DNA from: Eledone cirrhosa
Taxonomy: Eukaryota
Assembly: GCA_964016885.1 (NCBI GenBank)
Contig: OZ024744.1
Span: 101,866,001-101,930,000 of the forward strand
Reading direction: 5' to 3'
DNA length: 64,000 bases
The notes under the pieces were generated by a model that was not told the origin of the DNA, searched no databases, and was given only the letters and a program-made list of their open reading frames with translations. The translations under genes and the position numbers were made by a program. The first letter of the stretch is position 1. Each line of letters opens with the position of its first letter. Below are positions 59,801-64,000 of this stretch, one piece after another.

Positions 59801-62800
59801 TTTATTGTTGGCTTTGTTTATTGTTGGTTTGTTTATTGTTGGCTTTGTTTATTGTTGGTTTGTTTATTGTTGGCTTTGTTTATTGTTGGTTTATTTATTG
59901 TTGGCTTTGTTTATTGTTGGTTTCTTTATTGTTGGCTTTGTTTATTGTTGCTTTGTTTATTATTGGCTTTGTTTATTATTGGTTTCGTTTATTGATGGCT
60001 TTGTTTATTGTTAGTTTGTTTATTGTTGGCTTTGTTTATTTTTGGTTTGTTTATTATTAGCTCTGTTTATTGTTGGCTTTGTTTATTTTTTGCTTTGTTT
60101 ATTGTTGGCTTTGTTTATTGTTGATTTTGTTTATTGTTGGCTTTGTTTATTGTTGGCTTTGTTTATTGTTGGTTTGTTTATTGTTGGTTTTGTATATTGT
60201 TGGTTTATTTATTGTTGTCTTTGTATATTGTTGGTTTGTTTATTGTTGGCTTTGTTTATTGTTGGCTTTGTTTATTATTAGCTTTGTTTATTGTTGGCTT
60301 TGTTTATTGTTGATTTTGTTTATTGTTGGCTTTGTTTATTGTTGCTTTGTTTACTGTTCCTTTGTTTATTGTTGGCTTTGTTTATTGTTGCTTTGTTTAT
60401 TATTGGCTTTGTTTATTGTTGATTTTGTTTATTGTTGGCTTTGTTTATTGTTGGCTTTGTTTATTGTTGGTTTGTTTATTGTTGGTTTTGTATATTGTTG
60501 GTTTGTTTATTGTTGTCTTTGTATATTGTTGGTTTGTTTATTGTTGGCTTTGTTTATTGTTGGTTTGTTTATTATTAGCTTTGTTTATTGTTGGCTTTGT
60601 TTATTTTTGGCTTTGTTTATTGTTGGCTTTGTTTATTGTTGATTTTGTTTATTGTTGGCTTTGTTTATTGTTGGTTTGTTTACTGTTCCTTTGTTTATTG
60701 TTGGCTTTGTTTATTGTTGCTTTGTTTATTATTGGCTTTGTTTATTATTGGTTTGTTTATTGATGGCTTTGTTTATTGTTAGTTAGTTTATTGTTGGCTT
60801 TGTTTATTTTTGGTTTGTTTATTATTAGCTCTGTTTATTGTTGGCTTTGTTTATTTTTGGCTTTGTTTATTGTTGGCTTTGTTTATTGTTGATTTTGTTT
60901 ATTGTTGGCTTTGTTTATTGATGGCTTTGTTTATTGTTGGTTTGTTTATTGTTGGTTTTGTTTATTGTTGGTTTGTTTATTGTTGGGTTTGTATATTGTT
61001 TGGTTTGTTTATTGTTGGCTTTGTTTATTGTTGGTTTGTTTTTTGTTGGCTTTGTTTATTGTTGGTTTATTTATTGTTGGCTTTGTTTATTGTTGGTTTG
61101 TTTATTGATGGCTTTGTTTATTGTTAGTTTGTTTATTGTTGGCTTTGTTTATTTTTGGTTTGTTTATTATTAGCTTTGTTTATTGTTGGCTTTGTTGATT
61201 GTTGATTTTGTTTATTGTTGGCTTTGTTTATTGTTGGCTTTGTTTATTGTTGGTTTGTTTATTGTTGGTTTTGTTTATTGTTGGTTTGTTTATTGTTGGT
61301 TTGTTTATTGTTGGTTTTGTTTATTGTTGGTTTGTTTATTGTTGGTTTGTTTATTGTTGGCTTTGTTTATTGTTGGTTTGTTTATTGTTTGTTTGTTTAT
61401 TGTTGGCTTTGTTTATTGTTGGCTTTGTTTATTATTGGCTTTGTTTATTGTTGGTTTGTTTATTGTTGGCTTTATTTATTTTTGGTTTGTTTATTGTTGG
61501 CTTTATTTATTGTTGGTTTGTTTATTGTTGGCTTTGTTTATTGTTGGCTTTGTTTATTGTTGGTTTATTTATTGTTGGCTTTGTTTATTGTTGGTTTCGT
61601 TTATTGTTTGTTTATTGTTGGTTTGTTTATTGTTGGTTTGTTTATTGTTGGTTTGTTTATTGTTGATTTGTTTATTGTTGGTTTGTTTATTGTTGATTTG
61701 TTTATTGTTGGTTTGTTTATTGTTGGTTTGGTTATTGTTGGCTTTGTTTATTGTTGTCTTTGTTTATTGTTGATTTGTTTATTGTTGGCTTTGTTCATTG
61801 TTGGTTTGTTTATTGTTGGCTTTGTTTATTGTTGGTTTGTTTATCGTTAGCTTTGTTTAATGTTGGTTTGTTTATTGTTGGCTTTGTTTATCGTTGGTTT
61901 GTTTATTGTTGGCTTTGTTTATTGTTGGTTTATTTATTGTTGGCTTTGTTTATTGTTGGTTTGTTTATTGTTGGCTTTGTTTATTGTTGCTTTGTTTATT
62001 ATTGGCTTTGTTTATTATTGGTTTGTTTATTGATGGCTTGTTTATTGTTACTTTGTTTAATGTTGGCTTTGTTTATTTTTGGTTTGTTTATTATTAGCTC
62101 TGTTTATTGTTGCTTTGTTTATTGTTGGCTTTGTTTATTGTTGGTTTGTTTATTGTTGGCTTTGTTTATTGTTGGTTTTGTTTATTGTTTGTTTATTGTT
62201 GGTTTGTTAATTGTTCATTTGTTTATTGTTGGTTTTAATTATTGTTCATTTGTTTATTGTTGGTTTGTTTATTGTTGGTTTGGTTATTGTTGGCTTTGTT
62301 TATTGTTGTCTTTGTTTATTGTTGGTTTGTTTAATGTTGGCTTTGTTTATTCTTGGTTTGTTTATTATTAGCTCTGTTTATTGTGGCTTTGTTTATTGTT
62401 GGCTTTGTTTATTGTTGGTTTGTTTATTGTTCGCTTTGTTTATGGTTGGTTTGTTTATTGTTGGCTTTGTTTATTGTTGGCTTTGTTTATTGTTGGCTTT
62501 GTTTATTGTTGATTTATTTATTGTTGGCTTTGTTTATTGTTGGTTTGTTTATTGATGGCTTTGTTTATTGTTAGTTTGTTTATTGTTGGCTTTGTTTATT
62601 TTTGGTTTGTTTATTATTAGCTTTGTTTATTGTTGGCTTTGTTGATTGTTGATTTTGTTTATTGTTGGCTTTGTTTATTGTTGGCTTTGTTTATTGTTGG
62701 TTTGTTTATTGTTGGTTTTGTTTATTGTTGGTTTGTTTATTGTTGGTTTGTTTATTGTTGGTTTTGTTTATTGTTGGTTTGTTTATTGTTGGTTTGTTTA

Positions 62801-64000
62801 TTGTTGGCTTTGTTTATTGTTGGTTTGTTTATTGTTTGTTTATTTATTGTTGGCTTTGTTTATTGTTGGCTTTGTTTATTATTGGCTTTGTTTATTGTTG
62901 GTTTGTTTATTGTTGGCTTTATTTATTTTTGGTTTGTTTATTGTTGGCTTTATTTATTGTTGGTTTGTTTATTGTTGGCTTTGTTTATTGTTGGCTTTGT
63001 TTATTGTTGGTTTATTTATTGTTGGCTTTGTTTATTGTTGGTTTCGTTTATTGTTTGTTTATTGTTGGTTTGTTTATTGTTGGTTTGTTTATTGTTGGTT
63101 TGTTTATTGTTGATTTGTTTATTGTTGGTTTGTTTATTGTTGATTTGTTTATTGTTGGTTTGTTTATTGTTGGTTTGGTTATTGTTGGCTTTGTTTATTG
63201 TTGTCTTTGTTTATTGTTGATTTGTTTATTGTTGGCTTTGTTCATTGTTGGTTTGTTTATTGTTGGCTTTGTTTATTGTTGGTTTGTTTATCGTTAGCTT
63301 TGTTTAATGTTGGTTTGTTTATTGTTGGCTTTGTTTATCGTTGGTTTGTTTATTGTTGGCTTTGTTTATTGTTGGTTTATTTATTGTTGGCTTTGTTTAT
63401 TGTTGGTTTGTTTATTGTTGGCTTTGTTTATTGTTGCTTTGTTTATTATTGGCTTTGTTTATTATTGGTTTGTTTATTGATGGCTTGTTTATTGTTACTT
63501 TGTTTAATGTTGGCTTTGTTTATTTTTGGTTTGTTTATTATTAGCTCTGTTTATTGTTGCTTTGTTTATTGTTGGCTTTGTTTATTGTTGGTTTGTTTAT
63601 TGTTGGCTTTGTTTATTGTTGGTTTTGTTTATTGTTTGTTTATTGTTGGTTTGTTAATTGTTCATTTGTTTATTGTTGGTTTGTTTATTGTTCATTTGTT
63701 TATTGTTGGTTTGTTTATTGTTGGTTTGGTTATTGTTGGCTTTGTTTATTGTTGTCTTTGTTTATTGTTGGTTTGTTTAATGTTGGCTTTGTTTATTCTT
63801 GGTTTGTTTATTATTAGCTCTGTTTATTGTGGCTTTGTTTATTGTTGGCTTTGTTTATTGTTGGTTTGTTTATTGTTCGCTTTGTTTATGGTTGGTTTGT
63901 TTATTGTTGGCTTTGTTTATTGTTGGCTTTGTTTATTGTTGGCTTTGTTTATTGTTGGTTTATTTATTGTTGGCATTGTTTATTGTTGATTTTGTTTATT
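56886..64000 (+). repeat. A array 13, >=7.1 kb, runs off the window end
   Basis: Tandem 15/16-mers to the last base. Contains a 1447-bp tandem duplication near the end. Confidence 0.96.

Larger units (their letters stand above)
27..64000 (+). repeat. Complex tripartite satellite array, macro-unit [A(n)-B-C], single orientation throughout
   Basis: Apart from the first ~26 bp, everything I read belongs to family A, B or C. The order A->B->C->A never changes and I saw no inverted copy. Confidence 0.97.

Noticed and set aside
404-63989. Hundreds of + strand ORFs up to 641 aa that look like hydrophobic membrane proteins (LFIVG / FVYCW / VCLLL)
   Set aside because: They are the three reading frames of the 15/16-bp repeat. 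They overlap in all frames, switch motif at each 16-mer and are open only because the T/G strand is stop-poor. There is no domain or codon structure.
405-64000. Canonical telomerase repeat or G-quadruplex array
   Set aside because: There are no TTAGG, TTAGGG or TTTAGGG tracts. G-runs are almost all GG separated by 13-14 nt, and inherited variant blocks indicate DNA-level duplication rather than fresh templated synthesis.
1-64000. Whole window as a sequencing or assembly artefact
   Set aside because: Hierarchical, position-specific variants and module subfamilies are not what artefacts produce. Only the exact copy number of the near-identical 1671-bp and 1447-bp units remains in doubt.

Overview
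The whole window is non-coding, strand-polarised complex satellite DNA, and I can support no protein or RNA gene. Three tandem repeat families always occur in the same order and orientation. Family A is a G/T-rich 15/16-bp repeat, TTTGTTTATTGTTGG / CTTTGTTTATTGTTGG, mostly alternating as a 31-bp dimer, in 13 arrays of 0.79-23.6 kb (about 53 kb in total). Family B is a 26-bp repeat, CTATAGTTAGTCTAATACTTTAC(A/T)GT, present as a 23-bp lead unit plus 0-5 full units. Family C is a ~0.66-0.82-kb block of degenerate 22/25-bp dyad-containing monomers, GGTCTTATGAGAAGCTAAATAT(TAT). B+C forms a conserved spacer module (12 full copies plus one truncated copy at the left edge) with invariant junctions, while A length varies 30-fold. 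Nested higher-order duplications are layered on top. The clearest is a near-perfect 1671-bp unit repeated about 4.7 times (47263-55125), followed by an overlapping 1854-bp unit, both spanning the B+C module. All ORFs in the track are by-products of the stop-poor T/G strand. The organism and chromosomal context cannot be determined from this window, so telomeric or circle-amplification interpretations are hypotheses only. Coordinates and offsets were read by eye and from matching ORF-track entries.
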